Below the pieces are notes generated by a model, which had not been told where the DNA came from, ran no database searches, and saw nothing but the letters and a program-made list of their open reading frames with translations. The position numbers were made by a program, and so were the translations under genes. From Chloroflexota bacterium (GTDB taxonomy: Bacteria > Chloroflexota > UBA6077 > JACCZL01): DNA of 64,000 bases. The stretch covers positions 16,842-80,841 of the forward strand of contig JAUJPG010000021.1 of assembly GCA_030447245.1 (NCBI GenBank). Direction: 5' to 3'. Shown here one piece after another: positions 22,256 through 31,692 of this stretch; positions within the stretch are counted from its first letter, which is position 1; every line of letters starts with the position of its first letter.

Positions 22256-24124
22256 TGTCCGTCGAGGATCGATTCGAGACCCACGAGTACGACGTCATTG
22301 TGGTCGGCGCCGGCGGAGCCGGCCTGCGCGCCGCGATCGAGGCCTCGGCCCAGGGCGCGAAGACGGCGCTCGTCTGCAAATCGCTGCTGGGCAAGGCGCA
22401 TACCGTCATGGCCGAGGGCGGCATCGCCGCCGCTCTGCGCAACGTCTGGAAGGAGGACGGTTGGGATGTCCACTTCCGCGATACGATGCGCGGCGGCAAG
22501 CTGCTGAACAACTGGCGGATGGCCCAGATCCACGCCCAGGAGGCGCCGGATCGCGTCCTCGAGCTCGAAGAGTGGGGGGCGCTCTTCGACCGCACGAAGG
22601 AGGGGCTGATCCTGCAGCGCGACTTCGGCGGCCACCGCTACGCTCGCCTGGCGCACGTTGGCGACCGGACCGGCCTGGAGATGATCCGCACCCTCCAGCA
22701 GCACGCCGTCCACAAGGGCATCGACGTCTACATGGAGTGCACGATCCAGCGGCTGCTGACCGACGACGGGCGGGTCAGCGGGGCCTGCGGCTACTGGCGG
22801 GAGAGCGGCAAGCTCATCCTGTTCAAGTCGAGAGCGGTCGTGCTCGCGACGGGCGGGATTGGGAAGATCTACCAGATCACGTCGAACTCCTGGGAATACA
22901 CCGGCGATGGCATGGCGATGGGGCTCGACGTGGGCGCCGACCTGATCGACATGGAGATGGTCCAGTTCCACCCGACCGGGATGGTTTGGCCGCCCAGCGT
23001 GCGCGGCATCCTGGTGACCGAGGGCGTGCGCGGCGACGGCGGCACGCTGAAGAACTCCGAGGGCCGACGGTTCATGTTCGATTACGTGCCGGACTTCTTC
23101 CGGGCGGAGACGGCGGAGACCGAGGAGGAGGCAGACGCCTGGTACGCTGACAAGACCAAGCGCCGCACGCCCGACCTGCTCCCGCGCGACGAGGTCGCCC
23201 GCGCGATCAACACTGAGGTGAAGGCCGGCCGCGGCAGTCCCCACGGCGGAGTCTTCCTCGACATCGCCTCGCGGCGCGACCCGGAGTACATCCGGCGGCG
23301 CCTGCCGTCGATGTACCAGCAGTTCAGGGAGCTGGCCGACGTCGACATCACCAAGGAGGCGATGGAGGTCGGCCCAACCTGCCACTACCAGATGGGCGGC
23401 CTGCGCGTGGAGGCCGACACGGCGGCGACGACCGTGCCGGGCCTGTTCGCGGCCGGCGAGGTCGCGGCCGGGCTGCACGGCGCGAACCGCCTCGGCGGGA
23501 ACTCGCTCTCAGATCTGGTGGTCTTCGGGCGGCGGGCCGGGCTTCACGCCGCCGAGTACGCCCTGGCGCAGTCGGTAGTGCCGGCCGTGGACGACGGACA
23601 AGTCAAGGCGACGACGAGCGCGATGCTCGCGCCGTTCGAGACCGTCGGCGGGCAGAACCCGTACACGCTCCACGCCGACCTCGAGGCGTGCATGCAAAAT
23701 CTGGTCGGGATCATCCGCACCGAATCGGAGCTGGAGCAGGCGCTGGACGAGATAGGACAGCTCAGGGAGCGTCTGGCGCGCGTCTCCGTCCAGGGCAACC
23801 GCCAGTACAACCCGGGCTGGCACCTCACCCTCGACCTGCACTGCGCGCGTATCCGTCCGGGGGAATCGCCAGTACAACCCGGGCTGGCAACTCACCCACG
23901 ACCTGCACTCGATGCTGACCGTCGCCGAGGCTGTCACTCGCTCGGCGATCGAGCGCAAGGAGAGTCGCGGCGGGCACACCCGCGACGACTACCCGGGCCC
24001 CGATCCTGCCTTCGGCCGCGTGAACGTCGTGACGCGCCGCGCCGGCGGCGAGATGCGCGTCTCCCAGGAGCCCCTGCCTGAGATGCCCGAGGAGCTGAAG
24101 CGAATTGTCGAGGAGAAGGTCTGA
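22255..24124 (+). pseudogene. sdhA: Succinate dehydrogenase/fumarate reductase flavoprotein subunit, reading frame broken by a 67-nt imperfect tandem duplication
   Basis: The N-terminal frame reads MSVEDRFETHEYDVIVVGAGGAGLRAAIEA..HPTG..GNRQYNPGWHLTLDLH up to about 23841. The conserved C-terminus (SMLTVAEAVTRSAIERKESRGGHTRDDYP..) continues in the +1 frame and ends at 24124. Removing 23841-23907 restores one frame. Confidence 0.85.
23773..23907 (+). repeat. Head-to-tail tandem duplication inside sdhA (68-nt unit A + 67-nt unit B, about 10 percent diverged)
   Basis: Unit A (23773-23840): ctggcgcgcgtctccgtccagggcaaccgccagtacaacccgggctggcacctcaccctcgacctgca. Unit B (23841-23907): ctgcgcgcgtatccgtccgggggaatcgccagtacaacccgggctggcaactcacccacgacctgca. 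Each encodes ARVSV(Q/R)GNRQYNPGW(H/Q)LT(L/H)DLH in its own frame. Confidence 0.9.
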
Positions 24125-24909
24125 TGCCAGAGTCCGGAGCCCAGGTCACGATGCGGGTGTGGCGCGGCGACGCCGACGGGGGCACTTTCGAGGACTACCA
24201 GATCCCAGCCGCGGAGGGCATGGTGGTGCTCGACGTCATCCACCGCATCCAGGCCACCCAGGCGCCCGACCTGGCGGTACGCTGGAACTGCAAGGCCGGG
24301 CGGTGCGGGTCGTGCAGCGCCGAGGTCAACGGGAAGCCCAGGCTGATGTGCATGACGCGCATGAACCACTTCGCGCCGGGCGAGCCGATCACGGTCGCGC
24401 CGCTGCGGACGTTCCCGCCGATCAAGGACCTGGTGACCGATCTCTCGTACAACTACCAGAAGGCGAAGTCGGTGCCGGCCTTCAAGCCCGGGCCGAAGGA
24501 GGCCGACGGTACTCGCCGGATGTACCAGGAGGACGTCGACCGCGTCCAGGAGTTCCACAAGTGCATCGAGTGCTTCCTCTGCCAGACCGTCTGCCACGTC
24601 ATCCGCGACCACGAGGAGAACAAGCCAGCCTTCGCCGGGCCGCGCCTGTTCGTGCGGCTGGCCGCGCTGGAGATGCACCCGCTCGATACGAACGACCGCC
24701 TGGGGCTGATCAACCAGCAGAGCGGGCTGGGCTACTGCAACATCACCAAGTGCTGCACCGACGTCTGCCCCGAGTCGATCAAGATCACCGACAACGCGAT
24801 CATCCCGCTCAAGGAGCGCGTCGTCACCGAGTTCCACGATCCAGTGGTCTGGGCGTGGCGCAAGCTGACCGGCCGAAAGAAGGTTGAGCTACCGGTGACC
24901 TCCGGGTAG
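24124..24909 (+). CDS. sdhB: Succinate dehydrogenase/fumarate reductase iron-sulfur subunit
   Basis: The ATG overlaps the sdhA stop (ATGA-type). Cys clusters present: CKAGRCGSCSAEVNG, CIECFLCQTVC, CNITKCCTDVCP. Confidence 0.9.
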   Translation: MPESGAQVTMRVWRGDADGGTFEDYQIPAAEGMVVLDVIHRIQATQAPDLAVRWNCKAGRCGSCSAEVNGKPRLMCMTRMNHFAPGEPITVAPLRTFPPIKDLVTDLSYNYQKAKSVPAFKPGPKEADGTRRMYQEDVDRVQEFHKCIECFLCQTVCHVIRDHEENKPAFAGPRLFVRLAALEMHPLDTNDRLGLINQQSGLGYCNITKCCTDVCPESIKITDNAIIPLKERVVTEFHDPVVWAWRKLTGRKKVELPVTSG

Positions 24910-25059
24910 GCGGCGGGGGCCTGTAACCGTCGCGCAGGGGCCCACGCTCGAATGCATCCGGCAACGTGCCCCGGGATCCGGACCACTTCCACGGCGGCCG
25001 TCCGGCAGCGGACTCTCCACCTCCCATCATTCATCGAAGTCCCAGTGCGCGCATGCACG

Positions 25060-25179
25060 GCCGTGGCCGACTGGCTAGACCGAGCCGACGAGCAGCAACG
25101 CAGGACGATTCTGGAGGCGCTTCAGCTGTCGGTAACGGCGACGCCAGCCTCCGCGACGATCATGGGCGTGCTGCCAATC
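25060..25179 (+). pseudogene. Possible relic of a serine-recombinase C-terminus (about 40 aa only)
   Basis: The frame of track ORF 24952-25251 reads AVADWLDRADEQQRRTILEALQLSVTATPASATIMGVLPI. This resembles the C-terminal tail pattern of large serine recombinases. No catalytic domain lies upstream. The match is from memory only. Confidence 0.25.
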
Positions 25180-25195
25180 GTGCCGCCCCCGTTTA

Positions 25196-26911
25196 TCACT
25201 GAGCAGCCGTCATCTCGGCCACGATCAGGCGGTAGTCGGCGCGCGGCTTGAAGCTGACGCGTTTGGTTGCGCCGTACACCACGACCTCCTGGAACAGCTC
25301 GAGCCACGGCTTCTCGTCGTGGATGATCTGGGTCGCCTCGGCATACAGCTGCTTACGCTGCTCCTGGTCCAGGCTGAAGCGCGCCTGCTCCATCAGCTCG
25401 TAGAAGCGCTGGCCCGGCTGGGAGCCCGACCAGTACTTGCCGCCGAAGCCGTTTGGGTGGAAGAGTCGCCAGAGCGAGCCGTCGGCGTCGAGCAGGGTGC
25501 TCTGCGGGTTGATCAGCAGCAGCCCGTTCGGCGGCGTCGTCCGCTCGTTGTTGATCTTCTGGCGCTGGGCCATCTCCATCATCTCGACCTTGGCCCGGAT
25601 GCCCACCTTCGACCACATGTCGGCGATCGTCTCGAGGAGCTGCTTGTCGTTGACCATCGTCCCGCTGCCGGCCAGCAGCGTCAGGTCGATCCCGCCGGCG
25701 ACGCCGGCCTCGGCCAACAGCGCCTTCGCCTTCTCCGGATCGTACGGGTACGGCTTGAGGTTCGGGTTGTAGCCAAAGTCGGTGTCGGCAAGGCCCCCGC
25801 TGAACGGCTTGCCCTGGCCGGCGTACAGGTTGTTGACGATCGAGTCGAGGTCCAGCGCGTAGTGCATCGCCTGGCGCACCCGCTTGTCGGAGGTCGGCTC
25901 CTGGGTGGCATTGATCCAGAACGTGACGGTGCGCGTGGCCGGCACGGTTAACACCTGGGTCGTCCGCCCCTCCTGGATCGCCTTGAGCTGGTCCGGAGGG
26001 ACGTTCGTGACGACGTCGAGCTCGCCCTTCTGGAGGGCGCTGATCCGGGCGAAGTCGTCCGGGATCGGCTTCCAGGTCACCCGCTCCACGCCCGGAGCAC
26101 CGCCTTCCCAGCCCCACCACTCACGGTTCGCCTCCATGACCAGGCGGTCGTCCTTGACCCACTCGACGAACTTGTACGCGCCGGACCCGATCGGCTTGCG
26201 GGCCAGCTCGTTGTTGCCGTCTTCGGTGCTGGCGAGCCGCGCCGGGTAGATCTGCGATCCCATCTGTGCCATCCGCACGGGGATGAGCGGGTCGGGCTTC
26301 TCGGTCGTCAGGCGAATCGTCTGCGGATCGGCGATCTCGACCGACTTGATCGTGGCGAACCCTGACTGTACGACGGTCTTGCCGGGCTCGAGCAGGCGAT
26401 CGAGTGTCGCCTTGACGTCCTCGGCGGTCAGGGGCGAGCCGTCGTGGAACCTGACGCCCTGACGAAGCGTCAGCTCCCAGGTCGTCTCGTTCGTGTTCTT
26501 CCAGGCGGTCGCCAGGCCGGGCACGAGCTTGAGATCGGTGTCCCAGCGGGTCAGCGTGTCGAAGATGTTGAAGAAGTAGTTGACGTTGAGGACCTGGGTG
26601 CTCTTGCCTGGGTCCATCGTGACCGCGTCAGCCGGCTGAGAGATCACGATCTGCGCGCCGCTGCCCTTGGCGACCGGCTTGGCGTCGTCCTTGGCGGCCG
26701 GCTTGCTCTCTGCCGGCTTGGCCTCGGCGGCCGGCTTGGTGTCGGCCGGCTTCGCATCGCCAGCCGGCTTGGTGTCGGCCGGCTTCGCATCGCCAGCCGG
26801 CTTGGTGTCGGCCGGCTTCGCCGGCGCCTGGGCCGCCGGCTGGCACGCCGCCAGCAGCAACCCGAAGACGGTCAGGAGCGTCCAGAGTGTCCGTGCCGAG
26901 TGCCTTGTCAT
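25196..26911 (-). CDS. ABC transporter substrate-binding lipoprotein, family 5 (peptide/nickel type) with repetitive K/P/A/D linker
   Basis: The track ORF extends to 27025. The ATG at 26911 has GGGAGG upstream and gives MTRHSARTLWTLLTVFGLLLAAC (lipobox). The linker reads KPADTKPAGDAKPADTKPAGDAKPADTKPAAEAKPAESKPAAKDDAKP, followed by an SBP_bac_5-like body. Confidence 0.85.
   Translation of the reverse strand: MTRHSARTLWTLLTVFGLLLAACQPAAQAPAKPADTKPAGDAKPADTKPAGDAKPADTKPAAEAKPAESKPAAKDDAKPVAKGSGAQIVISQPADAVTMDPGKSTQVLNVNYFFNIFDTLTRWDTDLKLVPGLATAWKNTNETTWELTLRQGVRFHDGSPLTAEDVKATLDRLLEPGKTVVQSGFATIKSVEIADPQTIRLTTEKPDPLIPVRMAQMGSQIYPARLASTEDGNNELARKPIGSGAYKFVEWVKDDRLVMEANREWWGWEGGAPGVERVTWKPIPDDFARISALQKGELDVVTNVPPDQLKAIQEGRTTQVLTVPATRTVTFWINATQEPTSDKRVRQAMHYALDLDSIVNNLYAGQGKPFSGGLADTDFGYNPNLKPYPYDPEKAKALLAEAGVAGGIDLTLLAGSGTMVNDKQLLETIADMWSKVGIRAKVEMMEMAQRQKINNERTTPPNGLLLINPQSTLLDADGSLWRLFHPNGFGGKYWSGSQPGQRFYELMEQARFSLDQEQRKQLYAEATQIIHDEKPWLELFQEVVVYGATKRVSFKPRADYRLIVAEMTAAQ
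26731..26823. repeat. 33-bp tandem repeat (about 2.8 copies, degenerate copies to the left) encoding the SBP linker
   Basis: ccggcttggtgtcggccggcttcgcatcgccag starts at 26731, 26764 and 26797. Confidence 0.9.
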
Positions 26912-26936
26912 GCTGCCTCCCAGGTCTTCCTTCTTC

Positions 26937-27896
26937 TCACGGCGCACCGGGTGTGCCGCGGATAGAGCGCGGGTCGAGCCAATCGCGCAGCGCGTCGCCG
27001 AGTAAGTTGACGCCCAGCACGACAATCATAATCGCCAGCCCCGGGAACGTCGCCGTCCACCACGCAAGCTGGATGTAGCTGGCCGCGTCCCTGAGATCTG
27101 ACCCCCAGCTCGGCGTCGGCGGCTGCACGCCAAGCCCCAGGAAACTGAGGGTCGCTTCCAGGATGATAGCCCGGCCAATGTCAAAGGTGGCCAGGACGAG
27201 GATTACCGACAGGACGTTCGGGAGCAAGTGCTTCAGCAGGATTCGCGGGCCGCCCGCCCCGAGCGCTCTGGCTGCCTGGATGTACTCCCGCTCGCGCAGA
27301 CCCAGCGCGAGGCCGCGCATGATCCGCGCGTGCCCCACCCAGCTCCCAATCGCCAGCACCACCACGAGCACGCCGAAGCTCGGCCCGGCCACGGCGATCA
27401 CCGAGATAGCGAACAGCACGAACGGGAACGCAAGCTGGACGTCGATCAGCTTGGTGACTACGCCGTCGACGGGCCCGCGGTAGTAGCCCGAGATCAGGCC
27501 GAGCGTCGAGCCGACCGTCGCCCCCAGCACGGTGGCCGCGATGGCGATCGGCAGCGAGACCTGGGCGCCCCAGAGCAGGCGGCTGAGCACGTCTCGCCCG
27601 GTACGGTCGCTCCCAAGCAGCCGCGTCGGTCCGCCGCCGGCTTCCCAGACGGGTGGTCTCAGCCGCGCCCCGAGCTCGGTCTCGGAGGGCGAGTGCGGTG
27701 CGATCCATGGCGCGGCGAGCGCGACAACTAGGGCCAGGAGCACTGGGATCGCCGGCAGGATCAGCTTCCACGGCACCCGTCGTGCCCGGCGTCGAGGGGC
27801 CACAGCCGGCTGCGGCAGCGCAGCCGTGCCCTCCAGTGTGGTGCTCACCCGAAGCCCCGCCAGCGGACCAAACCGGGATGATCGAGAACGAAGCAT
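26937..27896 (-). CDS. ABC transporter permease (DppC/OppC-like)
   Basis: 319 aa with 6 hydrophobic segments. The binding-protein-dependent transport signature region reads YIQAARALGAGGPRILLKHLLPN. Confidence 0.85.
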   Translation of the reverse strand: MLRSRSSRFGPLAGLRVSTTLEGTAALPQPAVAPRRRARRVPWKLILPAIPVLLALVVALAAPWIAPHSPSETELGARLRPPVWEAGGGPTRLLGSDRTGRDVLSRLLWGAQVSLPIAIAATVLGATVGSTLGLISGYYRGPVDGVVTKLIDVQLAFPFVLFAISVIAVAGPSFGVLVVVLAIGSWVGHARIMRGLALGLREREYIQAARALGAGGPRILLKHLLPNVLSVILVLATFDIGRAIILEATLSFLGLGVQPPTPSWGSDLRDAASYIQLAWWTATFPGLAIMIVVLGVNLLGDALRDWLDPRSIRGTPGAP

Positions 27897-27944
27897 TCCT
27901 CTAAAGATCGTCCAACGCTCGTCATGCGCCCTCCACCGTGTGAC

Positions 27945-28862
27945 TCAGGCATGTCGGATGCGCGGATCGAGACGGCCGTAGAGCAGGTCGACGAGGAGGT
28001 TGATCAGGACGAACGTCAGCGCCAGCACGAAGACGCCGGCCTGGACCACCGGATAGTCGCGGGTGAAGATCGACTGGACGGCCAAACGGCCGACGCCGGG
28101 CCAGGCAAAGATCGTCTCGGTCACGACCGCCCCGCCGAGCAGTGTGCCAAACTGGAGGCCAGCCAGGGTGATGACCGGGACGGCCGCGTTTTTCAACGCG
28201 TGGCGCAAGACCACGGTCCCCTCGCGTAGCCCCTTCGCCCGAGCCGTCGTCAGGAAGTCCTGGCCGAGCACTTCGAGCATGCTCGTCCGAGTGAGTCGAG
28301 CGAGCAGCGCGGCGAACTGCGCGCCGAGCGTGATCGCCGGCAGGATCAGGTGCTCCGGTCCGCCTCGTCCTGACGTCGGCAGCCAGTTCAGCCAGACGGA
28401 GACGAGCAGGATGAGCATGATGCCCAGCCAGAAGGACGGCGTCGACTGCCCCACCACCGCGAACCCCATCGCCAGGAAGTCGGTCAGCCGCCCACGATGG
28501 ATCGCCGCCAGGATGCCCATCGGCAAGGCGACGACGGCTGCCAGGATCAGGGCGACGAACGCCAGCTCGAGCGTCGCCGGCAGGCGCTCTAGGACCAGGT
28601 CCATCGCCGGTTGGCCGTGGCGGAAGCTCGTGCCGAAGTCGCCGCGCAGGGCGTCGAACAGAAACTGCCCGTACTGGACGTAGATGGGGCGGTCCAGTCC
28701 GAGCGCGTGGCGCAAGGCCTGCAGCTCCTCGACTGATGCATCGCCAGGCAGCATCGTCGATGCCGGGTCCCCCGACATCCGCAGCGCGGCGAACGCCAGG
28801 GTCACTACGCCCAGGGCCACAAAGGCCGTGTGGAACAGCTTTTGGACGGTGTATCGCAGCAT
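27945..28862 (-). CDS. ABC transporter permease (DppB/OppB-like)
   Basis: The ATG at 28862 gives MLRYTVQKLFHTAFVALGVVTLAF, the typical DppB N-terminus. The EAA-type loop reads FLTTARAKGLREGTVVLRHALKNA. Confidence 0.85.
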   Translation of the reverse strand: MLRYTVQKLFHTAFVALGVVTLAFAALRMSGDPASTMLPGDASVEELQALRHALGLDRPIYVQYGQFLFDALRGDFGTSFRHGQPAMDLVLERLPATLELAFVALILAAVVALPMGILAAIHRGRLTDFLAMGFAVVGQSTPSFWLGIMLILLVSVWLNWLPTSGRGGPEHLILPAITLGAQFAALLARLTRTSMLEVLGQDFLTTARAKGLREGTVVLRHALKNAAVPVITLAGLQFGTLLGGAVVTETIFAWPGVGRLAVQSIFTRDYPVVQAGVFVLALTFVLINLLVDLLYGRLDPRIRHA

Positions 28863-28965
28863 TGCGCGAGACCCAGATCCCCGTCGATCCCGACGTGCCA
28901 ATCGGGCGGCTGTCGGCAGTATGCGTCACGAGATCGATCCTGGCAAGCAAAGCCGGCGGCGCTCG

Positions 28966-30249
28966 TCAGGAAGGGCGCAGGACCACCAACGAGCAGAGGT
29001 CCGGATCCAGGTAGGCGCCCGCCGCGCGAGCGACGTCCTCGACCGTCACGGCGCTCACCCGGCGCAGGTACTCCTGGAGCGGTGGCTCGACGCCGAGCAC
29101 CTCTCGATCCGACAGGTACTGCGCGTAGGAGATTCCCGTCTGGAGCGTGAGGACGGCCCGACCCTCGATGTAGCTCTTGGCGTCGGCCAGCTCCGCCGGC
29201 GCGAGCGGCTGCTCGCGTAGCCTGCGCAGCTCCTGGACGATCAGCTCGAGGACCGTGTCGACGTTCTCTGGCGAGGTCCCGACGAACGCCCACCAGGCCC
29301 CAATGTCAGTCAGGGTGCTATACGACGAGCCGACAGCCGGGGCCAGCCCGCGCTTGTCACGGATCTCGCGGATCAGCCGACGCCCTACCTCGCCGAGCGT
29401 CGCGCTGATGATGTCGAGCGCGTAGGTGTCAGGGTGATCGGCGCCCGGCGTGGGTAACCCGAAGGCGATCTGAGCCTGACTGCCGACGGTACTTTCCTCG
29501 ACGCGGCGCGGCGACGGCGCCGGGAGCGGGGCCGCCTCGAAGCGCGGACCCGGGCCGCTCGGCATCCGCGCGAACGCGGACTCCACCTTGGCGACGACGT
29601 CCTCGTGGCGCTGGTTGCCGACCACCGTGGTGACCATGTTGCTGGTCCGGAAGTAGCTGTCTCGAAACTGGGATAGCACCCGGCGGTCGGAGTTATCCAG
29701 CGTCTCGCGGCTGCCGATTGGCAGGTTGCGGGCCGGATGATCGGCGAAGGCGGTCCGAAAGAACAGCTCCACGGCGTATCGGCGCGGTTCGTTCTTGCCG
29801 CGGATCAGCTCCTCGAGAACGACCTGCCGCTCCTTGTCGATCTTCTCCTCGGCGAACAGGGAGTTGACCAGCATGTCAGCCAGTATGTCGAGCGCCAGGT
29901 CGAAGTGATGGTTCTCGATGACCGCCTGGAAGTTGATGTTCTCGAATGACGTGTAGGCGTTCATCCAGCCGCCGACTGCGCTGATCGGCCCGAAGATCGC
30001 GTCCGGTCCGTTCCGCGTGGGCGTGCCCTGGAAGAACATGTGCTCCATGAAGTGGGCCGCGCCGACCGTCTCGTCGCGCTCGTCACGCGAGCCGCCCCGG
30101 ACGCTAATGCTGACGGCCGTCACGTCGGCGCCTGGCCGCTCGCGGGTCAGCACCGCCATCCCGCTGGGGAGGTCGGCCCGCGTCGCGTCACTGCCGGTTG
30201 GCGCGGTCGCCAGCGGCTCACCCGCCGGGTCCGTGGCGCGGCCGATCAT
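28966..30249 (-). CDS. M16 (pitrilysin/insulinase) family zinc peptidase, catalytic-type subunit
   Basis: 427 aa with an inverted zinc motif HxxEH in AAHFMEHMFFQGT. There is a 4-nt overlap with the upstream M16 gene. Confidence 0.85.
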   Translation of the reverse strand: MIGRATDPAGEPLATAPTGSDATRADLPSGMAVLTRERPGADVTAVSISVRGGSRDERDETVGAAHFMEHMFFQGTPTRNGPDAIFGPISAVGGWMNAYTSFENINFQAVIENHHFDLALDILADMLVNSLFAEEKIDKERQVVLEELIRGKNEPRRYAVELFFRTAFADHPARNLPIGSRETLDNSDRRVLSQFRDSYFRTSNMVTTVVGNQRHEDVVAKVESAFARMPSGPGPRFEAAPLPAPSPRRVEESTVGSQAQIAFGLPTPGADHPDTYALDIISATLGEVGRRLIREIRDKRGLAPAVGSSYSTLTDIGAWWAFVGTSPENVDTVLELIVQELRRLREQPLAPAELADAKSYIEGRAVLTLQTGISYAQYLSDREVLGVEPPLQEYLRRVSAVTVEDVARAAGAYLDPDLCSLVVLRPS

Positions 30250-31562
30250 GGCTGCACCACGACCAGCGTCGCATCTTCTGGCCTCAAGTAGGCCGCGGCG
30301 ATCCGCCGCACGTCGTCCGCCTGCACCGCGCGAATCCCCTGCCGGTACTCGTCCGACAAAACCGGCGAGCCGAACGCCTCGTCGCGGATCATCTGGGCGC
30401 TTTGGGCACTCGGCGACTCCAGCCCGACGACAAGGCTGCCCACCAGGTAGTTCTGTGCATTCGCAAGCTCCTCGTTGGACAACGGCTCGTCACGCAGGCG
30501 CGTGAACTGCGCGCAAAGCAGGTCGATCACTGCGTCGACGTTGTTCGGGTCGGTGCCGGCCGCGCCGAGCCAGATGCCGGCGTCCGGGAACAGCGATTGG
30601 CCGGCCGCGGGATCGTATGACAGGCCGCGCAAGTCGCGGATCTCGCGAAACAGGCGCAAGCCTGAAGGACCGAGAACAGCCACCGCCACCGCGATCGGGA
30701 ATCGATCGTCGCTGCGCAGTCCGGGGAGCGGCCCGCCCAGAATGATTCGCGCCTGGGACGTGCCGGCCTTCTCGTCTACGCGTTGCGCGACGGCGGGTGG
30801 CGGCGGGACGTTCGACGGCGGCGCCGCCTCACCCCGGACCATCGGCTCGAACGTCGCTTCCAGACGACTGAGGGCGTCGCCCGGCTGCAGGTTCCCGGCC
30901 AGGGCCACCACGGTGTTCCGCCCGACGAAGTGGCGGTCGCGGTAGGCCACCAGCTCGGTGCGGCCCAGGCGAGGCGTGTTCTCCAGGTCGCCGGCTGCCG
31001 AGCGGGCCAGCGGGTGCTCCCCGAAGACGGTCTTGGAAAAGAGATCTGATGCGAGGACGTTCGGGTTCGCCCTACGAGCGTTCAGCTCCTCGAGGATCAC
31101 CCGCGCTTCGTTCTCCACACGGTCCTGGGCGAACGTTGAGTTGAGGAGGATGTCGCCCAGCAGGTCGAGCATGACGTCGATGTCTGCCGAACGCACCTGG
31201 GCGCTGAGGATGACCAGCTCCGAGCCGCTCTGGGCCGATAGCGATCCGCCACGGACGGTGATCGGCCGCTGGACTTCGTCGGGCGAGGGACGGCGCTCGG
31301 TTCCCTGGAGGAAGAGCTTCTCCATGAACTTGGCCGCGCCAGCAGTCGCGTCGTCCTCGAAGCGAGCGCCGCCGCGGACGCCGATGCTGACGGCGACGAT
31401 GTCAGGATCAGGGATGTGGCGTGCCAGGGCGGTGACCCCGTTTGGGAATGCCTGCCTGACGATGCCGTACCCGTGCGCTGCCTCGACCGACCCGCCGGCC
31501 GCGCCATCGTCGACGATCTCCACGCCGGCCGCGGCAACGGCCTGCCGAGCCGTGTCAGGCAT
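30246..31562 (-). CDS. M16 family peptidase-like protein, non-catalytic-type subunit (HxxEH replaced by KFMEK)
   Basis: The track ORF extends to 31901 through Arg/Pro-rich junk. The ATG at 31562 gives MPDTARQAVAAAGVEIV.... The motif position reads AAKFMEKLFLQGT. Confidence 0.8.
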   Translation of the reverse strand: MPDTARQAVAAAGVEIVDDGAAGGSVEAAHGYGIVRQAFPNGVTALARHIPDPDIVAVSIGVRGGARFEDDATAGAAKFMEKLFLQGTERRPSPDEVQRPITVRGGSLSAQSGSELVILSAQVRSADIDVMLDLLGDILLNSTFAQDRVENEARVILEELNARRANPNVLASDLFSKTVFGEHPLARSAAGDLENTPRLGRTELVAYRDRHFVGRNTVVALAGNLQPGDALSRLEATFEPMVRGEAAPPSNVPPPPAVAQRVDEKAGTSQARIILGGPLPGLRSDDRFPIAVAVAVLGPSGLRLFREIRDLRGLSYDPAAGQSLFPDAGIWLGAAGTDPNNVDAVIDLLCAQFTRLRDEPLSNEELANAQNYLVGSLVVGLESPSAQSAQMIRDEAFGSPVLSDEYRQGIRAVQADDVRRIAAAYLRPEDATLVVVQP

Positions 31563-31692
31563 CAGCAGCGGGAACCATCTATTTCGACGCTCGGTTGCTC
31601 GTGCACGGCATCCACCCGGGCTGGGTCGTTCGGTTCCCCAAGCATAGGTCGTGCCAAACCCGGCGGGCAACATTCGGCGCCGTGTGACGTCG

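Noticed and set aside
22111-23478. 455-aa minus-strand ORF opposite sdhA, and the 845-aa plus ORF 21544-24081
   Set aside because: The first is antisense to a clearly conserved flavoprotein. The 845-aa ORF is an out-of-frame read through the anchor gene that only becomes meaningful from the ATG at 22255.
26628-27005. Short ORFs (72-173 aa) on both strands within the SBP linker repeat
   Set aside because: These are artefacts of the Ala/Gly/Pro-coding repeat read in other frames.
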